Shown piece after piece: positions 8,425-14,731 of a stretch of DNA of 17,513 nt; position 1 is the first letter of the stretch, and every line of letters begins with the position of its first letter. This DNA is from Clostridia bacterium. GTDB lineage: Bacteria > Bacillota > Clostridia > Oscillospirales > CAG-382. The notes under the pieces were generated by a model that worked only from the letters and a program-made list of their open reading frames with translations, did not search any database and had not been told where the DNA came from. A program made the translations under genes and the position numbers. Location: contig JAGDBE010000130.1 of the NCBI GenBank assembly GCA_017959195.1, forward strand, positions 1 through 17,513, written 5' to 3'.

Positions 8425-8515
8425 CGCTTACTTGTGAACCTCGGTTATCTCGCACTCCGGCGCGTTTATATCGGTTTTCTTACCTTTCACTTGCCTTCGC
8501 CTCCTTTTCTTTCTG

Positions 8516-8545
8516 CAAACATTTGAACATCTGTTCAAATGTTTG
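8516..8545. promoter_or_regulatory. Perfect 14-2-14 inverted repeat (CAAACATTTGAACA tc TGTTCAAATGTTTG), a putative ArsR/SmtB operator
   Basis: All 14 positions of each arm are complementary around a 2-nt centre. It lies immediately downstream of the -10 box (roughly +1 to +30) of the consensus promoter driving the arsR-hma-ATPase operon. It contains the TGAACA..TGTTCA core typical of the 12-2-12 operators of this repressor family. Confidence 0.6.
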
Positions 8546-8552
8546 TGATTTT

Positions 8553-8581
8553 ATTATAGCACCCCTTTTCCGAAATGTCAA
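8553..8581 (-). promoter_or_regulatory. Sigma-A consensus promoter for the arsR-hma-ATPase operon (-35 TTGACA at 8581..8576, -10 TATAAT at 8558..8553)
   Basis: Exact TTGACA-N17-TATAAT on the minus strand. The operator palindrome begins at the predicted transcription start. Confidence 0.7.
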
Positions 8582-8605
8582 TAGGTTTTGCAAAAATTAA
8601 TAAAA

Positions 8606-8639
8606 AATTGCTTCCTGCGTTTTTCCGCAGGAAGCAATT
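8606..8639 (-). terminator. Rho-independent terminator of the SPFH/Zn-ribbon/TPM operon
   Basis: AATTGCTTCCTGCG-tttttc-CGCAGGAAGCAATT: a perfect 14-bp stem and 6-nt loop. On the minus strand it is followed by ttttattaattttt. It sits about 20 nt after the TPM stop codon. Confidence 0.8.
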
Positions 8640-8657
8640 CAAAGTATTCGGTTTTAA

Positions 8658-9479
8658 TTAAAATCTTCCGCCGCCTCCGCCGTGAACTCTTCCGGAAGAG
8701 CTCCTGTGCGTTGATGACGAGCCGGATGAGGAATCGTCTTTTATCCTTACTCTCGTGACGTAGCTTCCGACAAATCTGTCGTAAGAGCCCGTAAGCATGA
8801 GGCTTCCGTTTACGAAATAGTCGCCTGCGGAAGGCTGCGGTCTTACCGATTTCAGCTGCGCTTTAAGCACGGAAATCACGATAAGTGCGATAATAAGTCC
8901 CACAACCGCGCCTATACCGAGGTTTGCCGGCAGACTTTCGAGATTCATTCCCGAAGAGCTTTTGCCGCTTCCGTTTTTCGACTCGGAAACAAGGTCCCTC
9001 ACGTCATAAGAGAACGTCCGGAACGCGTCATAGTAATTTCCGCTTGCAAGGTCGGAAACTATATCTTCTCCGAGGTTGCTTATGTCGCGGTCGTTTATCG
9101 CCTTTATTCCGTAGCCTTCGGTCGAAATCCGGTATGCGTTGTATTCGCCGAGATACAGAAGAAGCAGACATCCGTCGTAGTCGCTGCCGTAGCCGTAACC
9201 GGTATAATCGTAATAGTCGTCGGCATACTCTATTTCGTTCTTTCCGCCAAGGTCGGTCGTCGTAACTATTACTATGTCGAATTTATACTTTTCGCGTATT
9301 CCGCCGATTATGCTTTCAAGATTTTCTCTTTCGCTTTCGTCAAGAACTGAAGCTCCGTCGACCACTCTCGCAAGATATGGGTTTACGCACTCGCCGTCGC
9401 CGGACGCAAAAACGCAAACGCCCGAAATAATTATAAGTACGAGGATCGCCGAAAGAAGTTTTACTGTATTTTTACTCAT
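8658..9479 (-). CDS. TPM-domain membrane protein (YgcG/YdjH-like): signal peptide, TPM (TLP18.3/Psb32/MOLO-1) domain, one TM helix, Gly/Ser-rich C-terminal tail
   Basis: The true start is the ATG at 9479 (MSKNTVKLLSAILVLIIISGVCVFASG, a signal peptide), preceded by a GAGGTGGGG RBS that overlaps the upstream gene's TGA. The TTG at 9500 in the ORF track is rejected. The TPM core is ...VVDGASVLDESERENLESII...FDIVIVTTTDLGG...IEYADDYYD...GCLLLLYLGEYNAYRISTEGYG... followed by a TM segment (LGIGAVVGLIIALIVISVL) and a ...SSSGRVHGGGGGRF tail. Confidence 0.8.
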   Translation of the reverse strand: MSKNTVKLLSAILVLIIISGVCVFASGDGECVNPYLARVVDGASVLDESERENLESIIGGIREKYKFDIVIVTTTDLGGKNEIEYADDYYDYTGYGYGSDYDGCLLLLYLGEYNAYRISTEGYGIKAINDRDISNLGEDIVSDLASGNYYDAFRTFSYDVRDLVSESKNGSGKSSSGMNLESLPANLGIGAVVGLIIALIVISVLKAQLKSVRPQPSAGDYFVNGSLMLTGSYDRFVGSYVTRVRIKDDSSSGSSSTHRSSSGRVHGGGGGRF

Positions 9480-9489
9480 ATTCCCCACC

Positions 9490-10692
9490 TCATTTCGCAA
9501 GAAGCTGGAGAATCAGCGTGCATACCGCCGTCGCCGCGGCGAAAATGCCCGCAAAAGTAATTCTCTTCTTGGTTTTGTCTACCGGCAGGTCTCCGACGAA
9601 TTTTCCCGTCTGTCCGTTCATGGCAAACGTGAATTTCTGTCCTTCGTACGTCGTCGAAAGCAGATAAACCGGGTAAAGCGCATAGCTTACCGTGCCCTCT
9701 TCAAGCGTAATGCCGCTTGACGCGCTGTTTGTGTTCGCAAACGGGTCTTCATACGAAGCGTTCTGCATCTGTCCGTATTTCCGGTTGAACAGGTCGCGCG
9801 AGAAGCTCCTTACGGAAGTATAGCCGCTGACCGTGCTTCTGAAAACGTCTATCGTACTCTGGCGGACTCTTTCGTTCGCACGCTTTTCGCTCGTCTTGTC
9901 GTCAACGTCGTATTTGTCTGCGAAAAATCCCGAAAGATACGCAGTCTGGAAAGGCACCGCGTCTCTGAAATCGAAAGGTTCTATCGATTCCATGAGGTCG
10001 TCGGGCATCTTCTGAGAACCGTCGACGGGAATATTCATAAATTGCATTTTTCCCGAGCGGAAAACGTCAAACGTGCTGACTTCGGTATATTTGTAATTGC
10101 CCGAAATCCACGTGCGCACCTTTTCGGCGTCAAATCTTGCAAACGAATCAACCTTTGAGCTGAAAAGCCAGAAAGGAACGTAAATTCCCTTAATTTCGTC
10201 TATATGATTTTCATCCTTGAAGAGCTTCGGCAAAAGGAATTTTCCGCTTATGTGCTGCTTGTATCTTTCCTTTGCCGCGTTCTTGTCGAGTTTGAACGGT
10301 ATTACGTAATCGGGTTTGAGCGCTCCCTTGAAACGTCCGACTACAACGACCTGGTTTCCGCAATACGGACATTCCGTTGCGGCGGTATTGTTGTCGCCTA
10401 TAATTTCTCCTCCGCAGGAATTGCATACGAAAACTGAAATGTTGTCAGTCTCGTTTTCGTCCCACTCCTTTATGGAGTTCTCGTCCCAGTTGAAGCTGTC
10501 TTTCGGCAGTCCGTCAACGTCAAAGACGCCGCTGTTGCCGGGAGCGTCTTCCGTCAGGACTTCGTCTTTCGGCAGCATTTCTTCCATGGAAAGCACCGTA
10601 TCGCAATACGGGCATTTCATCATCTGTAAGGACGAATCAAATTTTATTGTCCCGCCGCAGGCGGGACATTTATAATCAAGTAAACTGCTCAT
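9490..10692 (-). CDS. Double zinc-ribbon protein with C-terminal transmembrane anchor (YdjG-like), function unknown
   Basis: 400 aa. Two N-terminal CxxC...CxxC zinc ribbons (CPACGG...CPYCD; CNSCGG...CPYCGN) are followed by a domain of about 270 aa of unknown fold and a C-terminal hydrophobic helix (ITFAGIFAAATAVCTLILQLLAK). It is tightly coupled to its neighbours: 8 nt after the SPFH stop, and its own stop overlaps the TPM RBS. Confidence 0.7.
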   Translation of the reverse strand: MSSLLDYKCPACGGTIKFDSSLQMMKCPYCDTVLSMEEMLPKDEVLTEDAPGNSGVFDVDGLPKDSFNWDENSIKEWDENETDNISVFVCNSCGGEIIGDNNTAATECPYCGNQVVVVGRFKGALKPDYVIPFKLDKNAAKERYKQHISGKFLLPKLFKDENHIDEIKGIYVPFWLFSSKVDSFARFDAEKVRTWISGNYKYTEVSTFDVFRSGKMQFMNIPVDGSQKMPDDLMESIEPFDFRDAVPFQTAYLSGFFADKYDVDDKTSEKRANERVRQSTIDVFRSTVSGYTSVRSFSRDLFNRKYGQMQNASYEDPFANTNSASSGITLEEGTVSYALYPVYLLSTTYEGQKFTFAMNGQTGKFVGDLPVDKTKKRITFAGIFAAATAVCTLILQLLAK

Positions 10693-10700
10693 TTTCAGCC

Positions 10701-12029
10701 TTATTTCTTGTCGTTGTCGTCAAAGGGGTCTCCGCATTCGGGACAGAATTTAGGCGGATTTTTGGGATCTTCGGGTTCCCAGCCGCACTTGTCGCACTTG
10801 TAGAGAGGTGCGCCTTCCGGCTTCTTTGCTCCGCAATTCTGGCAGAATTTGCCTTTGTTTACGGTTCCGCAAGAACAGGTCCAGCCGTTTTCTTCGGGTT
10901 TCTTCTTTCCGCATTCGGGGCAGAAATTACCCGTAGCAACTGCGCCGCACGAGCACTTCCACGAACCCGGAGCGGGTGCGGGAGCCGGCTGAGGAGCCGC
11001 CTGCTGTTGCTGCTGTTGCTGCTGACCCATTGCATAAAGTCCCTGTGTATTCATTGCGTTGCCTGTGTTCATGGCAAGTCCCATGCCCATAAAGCCCGCC
11101 ATAGCGCCGCTCTTGTTTGAAGCAGCCGCTCTCATAGCGTCCGACTGAGCGCTTGTAAGCGTTGCGGCAGCCATCGTGGGATCGCGGAGAATTGCAGCCT
11201 GTTGAGCCTTCTTGATGAGCTCGGCGTCTTCGTCCGGAAGTGTTACGCTGCCCAGAGCGACAGTAACTATCTTAAGACCGCGGAGTTTGCCCCACTTGTC
11301 CGAAAGAACGTCGTTCATAGCTTCTTCGAGCTCGGTGTTGTGCTGAACTATCTGATTCGGGCGGAGTCCGAGGTCGGAAAGTTTTCCGAACGCCGGCTGC
11401 AGCGCGCTTACGAATTCGGTTTTCAGCTGACCTTCGATAAGGTCTCTCGTGTAGTCTTTTTCAACGTTTCCGCATACGTTCGTGTAGAACAGAAGCGGAT
11501 CGGCGATTTTATATGAATAAACGCCCGACGCTCTTATCGAAACGTCGATGTCGAGCGCGATATTCTTGTCAACAACACGGAAAGGAATGGGATTCGGCGT
11601 ACCGAATTTGTTGTCGATGAGTTCCTTTGTGTTGAAATAGTAAACTCTCTGGTCCTTCGCGGTGTCTCCGCCGAACGTGAAACGTTTGCCTATCGTCTTG
11701 AAGGTGTCGATAATGCTCTGTCCCAGAGAACCTGCAAATATGCTGGGTTCGGTTGATTTGTCGTATGTATATTCGCCGGGTTCGGCACACACTTCAACAA
11801 TTTTGCCCTGTTCAACGATAATCATGCACTGTCCGTCGGCAACGGCAATTCCGCTTCCGTTGGAAATGATGTTATCGCTTCCTTTTGTGTTTGACGAGCG
11901 CTGTCCTATTCTCTTTTCGCCTTTTACCACGAGGGTTGTTGCGGGAATTGCTTCACAGTAGAAAAACTCCTTCCACTGGTCGGCAAGCGTTCCGCCCAAT
12001 GCTCCTGTAATCGCCTTGATAAGTCCCAT
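10701..12029 (-). CDS. SPFH/Band-7-like protein (Band_7_1 / COG4260 / YdjI-like) with a C-terminal poly-Gln linker and three tandem zinc ribbons
   Basis: The true start is the ATG at 12029 (MGLIKAITGALGGTLADQWKEFFYCEAIP...) with an AGAAGGA RBS 6 nt upstream. The 34-aa N-terminal extension in the ORF track is low-complexity translation of the AT-rich promoter and is rejected. The C-terminus reads ...GQQQQQQQQAAPQPAPAPAPGSWKCSCG...FCPECGKKKPEENGWTCSCG...FCQNCGAKKPE...YKCDKCG...FCPECGDPFDDNDKK. Confidence 0.8.
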   Translation of the reverse strand: MGLIKAITGALGGTLADQWKEFFYCEAIPATTLVVKGEKRIGQRSSNTKGSDNIISNGSGIAVADGQCMIIVEQGKIVEVCAEPGEYTYDKSTEPSIFAGSLGQSIIDTFKTIGKRFTFGGDTAKDQRVYYFNTKELIDNKFGTPNPIPFRVVDKNIALDIDVSIRASGVYSYKIADPLLFYTNVCGNVEKDYTRDLIEGQLKTEFVSALQPAFGKLSDLGLRPNQIVQHNTELEEAMNDVLSDKWGKLRGLKIVTVALGSVTLPDEDAELIKKAQQAAILRDPTMAAATLTSAQSDAMRAAASNKSGAMAGFMGMGLAMNTGNAMNTQGLYAMGQQQQQQQQAAPQPAPAPAPGSWKCSCGAVATGNFCPECGKKKPEENGWTCSCGTVNKGKFCQNCGAKKPEGAPLYKCDKCGWEPEDPKNPPKFCPECGDPFDDNDKK

Positions 12030-12102
12030 GTTCAATCCTTCTTTCTTTATACTTTTTACGACTTTTTCCGCCGTACAATATATTGTATAATATATTGATA
12101 TA

Positions 12103-12131
12103 ATTATAACACAATTTATATTGCATGTCAA
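12103..12131 (-). promoter_or_regulatory. Sigma-A consensus promoter for the SPFH operon (-35 TTGACA at 12131..12126, -10 TGtTATAAT at 12108..12103)
   Basis: Exact TTGACA-N17-TATAAT with a TG extension on the minus strand. The leader to the start at 12029 is about 65 nt. Confidence 0.65.
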
Positions 12132-12164
12132 TTAAAAATATACCGCTTTTTACAAAAACAAAAC

Positions 12165-12199
12165 ATCAAAAAAACGGCGGATTATCCCGCCGTTTTTTA
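12165..12199 (-). terminator. Rho-independent terminator (bidirectional in form) after the membrane-protein gene
   Basis: ACGGCGG-attatc-CCGCCGT stem-loop flanked by an A7 run on one side and a T6 run on the other. On the minus strand it reads ...ACGGCGGgataatCCGCCGTttttttt. Confidence 0.75.
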
Positions 12200-12208
12200 C
12201 TTTTTCAT

Positions 12209-12988
12209 TTAATTGCCGTCATTTTTGCCGTCTTGATTTTTGTCTTTGTCTTTCTTTTCAAAATCGAAGAAATCCTGAATCAAGCCCTTGAAATCACGCT
12301 TTTGAAGCCTTTTTGCAATATGTCCCTTGCGCCCGGCCATGACAAAAAGACTTATTCTCGCAACGGCCCTGTGGTAAAATTCTCCCTGCGTGCTTAAAAT
12401 GCGGTTTACGGTTTCCGTCATGTGATTCTGAAAGCCCTCGTCGATAGACGCGACCTTGAACTGGAAGTCGGAAATTGCGGAAACGGTCAAAGTAATGTCC
12501 ACGGATATTATCGCAATAAAGATAAACGACAGTATGTTAAGCATAAGGTCGGGACACTTTGAAATCACCTTGTCGGCAGCCGGTATCAATAATTTCATAA
12601 TTATAATCGCCGCAACGCCGAAGCCCAGCGACGTGGGAACGCTGGTTCTGCCGTTGATGTTGAGCGGATACGCGCTGTAATCCCACCATCTCGCGTTGAA
12701 AACCTTTTCGAGAAACCACGAAGTCGGGTATTCAAGAATCATGCTTACGATAAAACCGACAATCAATATCATCCACCATTTGATTTCGGGAATTTTACCA
12801 GCCTTTATCAGATCGTAAATAATGAAAAAGATTATTGCGCCGAAGCCGTATATGGGGCATACCGGGCCGTAAAGAAAGCCCCTGTTGCTCCACTTGTGCT
12901 CACAAATCGTGCAGAAAATGCTCTCCCATACCCATCCGAGAAAGCTGAATATAAAAAATATAACGGTATATCTGTTCAAGAGTCTCAA
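12209..12988 (-). CDS. Polytopic membrane protein, probably DUF1113 / ABC_trans_CmpB (PF06541)-like
   Basis: 259 aa with 5-6 predicted TM helices. The family-like motif ...FLGWVWESIF...NRGFLYGPVCPIYGFGAI... is present. TTG start at 12988 with a GGAGGGG RBS. Lys/Asp-rich C-terminal tail. The family assignment is from memory and uncertain. Confidence 0.55.
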   Translation of the reverse strand: MRLLNRYTVIFFIFSFLGWVWESIFCTICEHKWSNRGFLYGPVCPIYGFGAIIFFIIYDLIKAGKIPEIKWWMILIVGFIVSMILEYPTSWFLEKVFNARWWDYSAYPLNINGRTSVPTSLGFGVAAIIIMKLLIPAADKVISKCPDLMLNILSFIFIAIISVDITLTVSAISDFQFKVASIDEGFQNHMTETVNRILSTQGEFYHRAVARISLFVMAGRKGHIAKRLQKRDFKGLIQDFFDFEKKDKDKNQDGKNDGN

Positions 12989-13035
12989 AATATCCCCTCC
13001 GAAAAAGATTTTGTTATTTTTTTACTTCCGCCTTC

Positions 13036-13064
13036 ATTATACCACCGCGGGAAAAAATAATCAA
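13036..13064 (-). promoter_or_regulatory. Promoter for the membrane-protein gene (-35 TTGATT at 13064..13059, -10 TGgTATAAT at 13041..13036)
   Basis: Near-consensus -35, 17-nt spacer, TG-extended exact -10. Confidence 0.5.
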
Positions 13065-13170
13065 GTCGGATTTAAAACGCTTAAATTATAATGTAAATCT
13101 CTCCGCGAAAACAAAAATCCGAAAATAGAAAAGAGCCCCGTACGCGTGTTTGCGTGTCGAGGCTCTCGAC

Positions 13171-13244
13171 TGGCTGCGGAACTAGGATTTGAACCCAGAC
13201 AAACAGAGTCAGAGTCTGTCGTGCTGCCATTACACAATTCCGCA
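13171..13244 (-). tRNA. tRNA-Gln (anticodon CUG), CCA-encoded
   Basis: Manual cloverleaf fold: acceptor TGCGGAA/TTCCGCA with U1:A72 and discriminator G73 (Gln identity elements); D-arm GTGT/GCAC; anticodon stem ACAGA/TCTGT with loop CT-CTG-AC; T-arm CTGGG-TTCAAAT-CCTAG; 3' GCCA encoded. Confidence 0.92.
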
Positions 13245-13265
13245 ATGCTTTTTGTCAGCGTAGTT

Positions 13266-13291
13266 ATTATACAACTTGCACGAGGTTTTGT
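13266..13291 (-). promoter_or_regulatory. Sigma-A consensus promoter for tRNA-Gln (-35 TTGACA at 13291..13286, -10 TGTATAAT at 13273..13266)
   Basis: Exact TTGACA-N17-TATAAT with a TG extension. The predicted start is about 14 nt upstream of the tRNA 5' end. Confidence 0.65.
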
Positions 13292-13329
13292 CAATAGTTT
13301 TTTTGAAAAAACAGATTACCGCTTCATAC

Positions 13330-13356
13330 GGCGCAAAAAAGCGAAGTCCGTGGACT
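13330..13356 (-). terminator. Rho-independent terminator after the aspartokinase gene
   Basis: GCGAAGTCC-gt-GGACTTCGC: a perfect 9-bp stem. On the minus strand it is followed by ttttttgcgcc. It begins about 13 nt after the stop at 13369. Confidence 0.75.
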
Positions 13357-13368
13357 TCGCTTCTGCTT

Positions 13369-14682
13369 TTATTTCACGAATTTCGAATAAATCGTCTTTA
13401 TTGACTTTTCAAAATCGCTGTTGTCAACGCCGACTATGATATTAAGCTCGCTCGAGCCCTGGTCTATCATTCTTATGTTGATATCCTCGTCGGCAAGCGC
13501 GCGGAATACCGACGCCGCGGTTCCTTTCGCGTTTTTCATTCCGCGGCCAACGACTGCGATAAGCGCGATATTCTTTTCAATGCTTATGCTGTCGGGCATG
13601 GTAGATGCCATAAGTTCCGAAATGATGACGTCTTCTTTGCCCTCAAGCTCGTGGTCGTTGACTACGACGCTCATGGTGTCGATTCCCGACGGAAGATGCT
13701 CAAAGCTCATTCCGTTCTTTTCAAGAACGTTGAGCAGTCTTCTTCCGAAGCCGATTTCCTCGTTCATCATATCTTTTTCAAGCGTCAGTACCGTAAATCC
13801 CTTTTTGCCGGCAATACCGGTAAGCACGCTCGATTCGTTGTTTTTGTCGGTGTGCGTAACAATGAGAGTTCCCTCGTCTTCGGGAGCGTTTGTATTCTTG
13901 ATGTGAATCGGGATACCCGCCTTTTTAACGGGGAAAATCGCGTCTTCGTTAAGCACCGTCGCGCCCATATACGAAAGTTCGCGGAGTTCTCTGTACGTAA
14001 GCACCGAGATGTTTTTCGGGTTTTCGACGATTCTCGGGTCGGCAATCATGACGCCCGAAACGTCGGTCCAGTTTTCGTATTCGTCTGCGTCAGCAGCACT
14101 TGCTACTATCGCGCCCGTAATGTCCGAGCCGCCGCGTGAAAACGTCTTTATCGTGTCGTTTGCCGTAACTCCGTAAAAACCGGGGATAACCGCCCTCTCG
14201 CTGTCTTTTAAGCGCTCCCTCATAACGTTGTATGTTTTGGGCGCGTCAAACGAGCCGTTATCGTTGAAAAATACGACTTCGGCAGCGTCTATGAAGTCAA
14301 AGCCGAGAAATTCCGACATTATTTTTGCGTTGAGATACTCGCCTCTGCTCGCGGCGTAGTCTTTTCCGACGCGGGCGATAAATGCGTTCTTTATAGCCTC
14401 ATAATCCTTTTCGAGCGAGATGTTCAGCCCGAGTTCCGATATGATTTCGTCGTATCTCTGCTTTATTTTTCCGAAAACCGGAGAAATTTCACCGGTCCTT
14501 GCCGTTTCCTCGTAGCAGGCATACAGCATGTCGGTTATCTTCACGTCTTCTTTGTTTCTTTTTCCGGGGGCCGACGGAACAACGTACCGCCTTGACGGGT
14601 CGGAAAGCACAATTTTTGCAACTTTTCTGAATTGCGCCGCGTCCGCAAGCGAGCTGCCGCCGAATTTTGCAACTTTTATCAC
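13369..14682 (-). CDS. Aspartate kinase (monofunctional aspartokinase, YclM-type)
   Basis: 437 aa. The N-terminus (M)IKVAKFGGSSLADAAQF...VVPSAPGKR...KITD is the amino-acid kinase fold, and C-terminal ACT-domain repeats are present. GTG start with a GAGGA RBS 6 nt upstream. Confidence 0.93.
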   Translation of the reverse strand: MIKVAKFGGSSLADAAQFRKVAKIVLSDPSRRYVVPSAPGKRNKEDVKITDMLYACYEETARTGEISPVFGKIKQRYDEIISELGLNISLEKDYEAIKNAFIARVGKDYAASRGEYLNAKIMSEFLGFDFIDAAEVVFFNDNGSFDAPKTYNVMRERLKDSERAVIPGFYGVTANDTIKTFSRGGSDITGAIVASAADADEYENWTDVSGVMIADPRIVENPKNISVLTYRELRELSYMGATVLNEDAIFPVKKAGIPIHIKNTNAPEDEGTLIVTHTDKNNESSVLTGIAGKKGFTVLTLEKDMMNEEIGFGRRLLNVLEKNGMSFEHLPSGIDTMSVVVNDHELEGKEDVIISELMASTMPDSISIEKNIALIAVVGRGMKNAKGTAASVFRALADEDINIRMIDQGSSELNIIVGVDNSDFEKSIKTIYSKFVK

Positions 14683-14731
14683 AAAACGTCCTCTTTTCCA
14701 AAATATTTCAAAATAACAGTAATTATGTTAT

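Noticed and set aside
8516-8545. Interpretation of the 30-bp palindrome purely as a LexA/SOS (Cheo) box
   Set aside because: The GAAC-N4-GTTC core fits. But the symmetry extends to 14 bp per arm with T/A rather than C/G at the Cheo flanks, and it sits on the promoter of a gene encoding an ArsR/SmtB repressor, whose operators share the TGAACA-N2-TGTTCA core. Autoregulation is the more parsimonious reading. It is kept as a caveat in the finding.
9480-9500. TTG start at 9500 for the TPM protein (MRNEVGN...)
   Set aside because: That stretch is the GAGGTGGGG RBS plus the stop codon of the upstream gene. The ATG at 9479 begins a textbook signal peptide.
12030-12131. 34-codon N-terminal extension of the SPFH ORF in the six-frame track (MTCNINCVIIISIYYTIYCTAEKVVKSIKKEGLN)
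   Set aside because: It is low-complexity translation of AT-rich DNA that contains the operon's exact -35/-10 promoter and the 14-bp palindrome. A properly spaced AGAAGGA RBS precedes the internal ATG at 12029, which gives the conserved MGLIKAITGALGG start.
13100-13300. Lone tRNA-Gln as a possible integration site for a mobile element or genomic island
   Set aside because: I found no direct repeat of the tRNA 3' end elsewhere in the window, and no integrase, recombinase or phage-like gene on either side. The flanking genes are housekeeping and each has its own promoter and terminator.
14683-14731. Lysine riboswitch (L-box) or other leader RNA element upstream of the aspartokinase gene, and a weak ATAACA-N7-TGTTAT repeat next to its -10 box
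   Set aside because: The predicted leader is only about 45 nt, far too short for an L-box. The 6-bp inverted repeat is AT-rich and within chance expectation.
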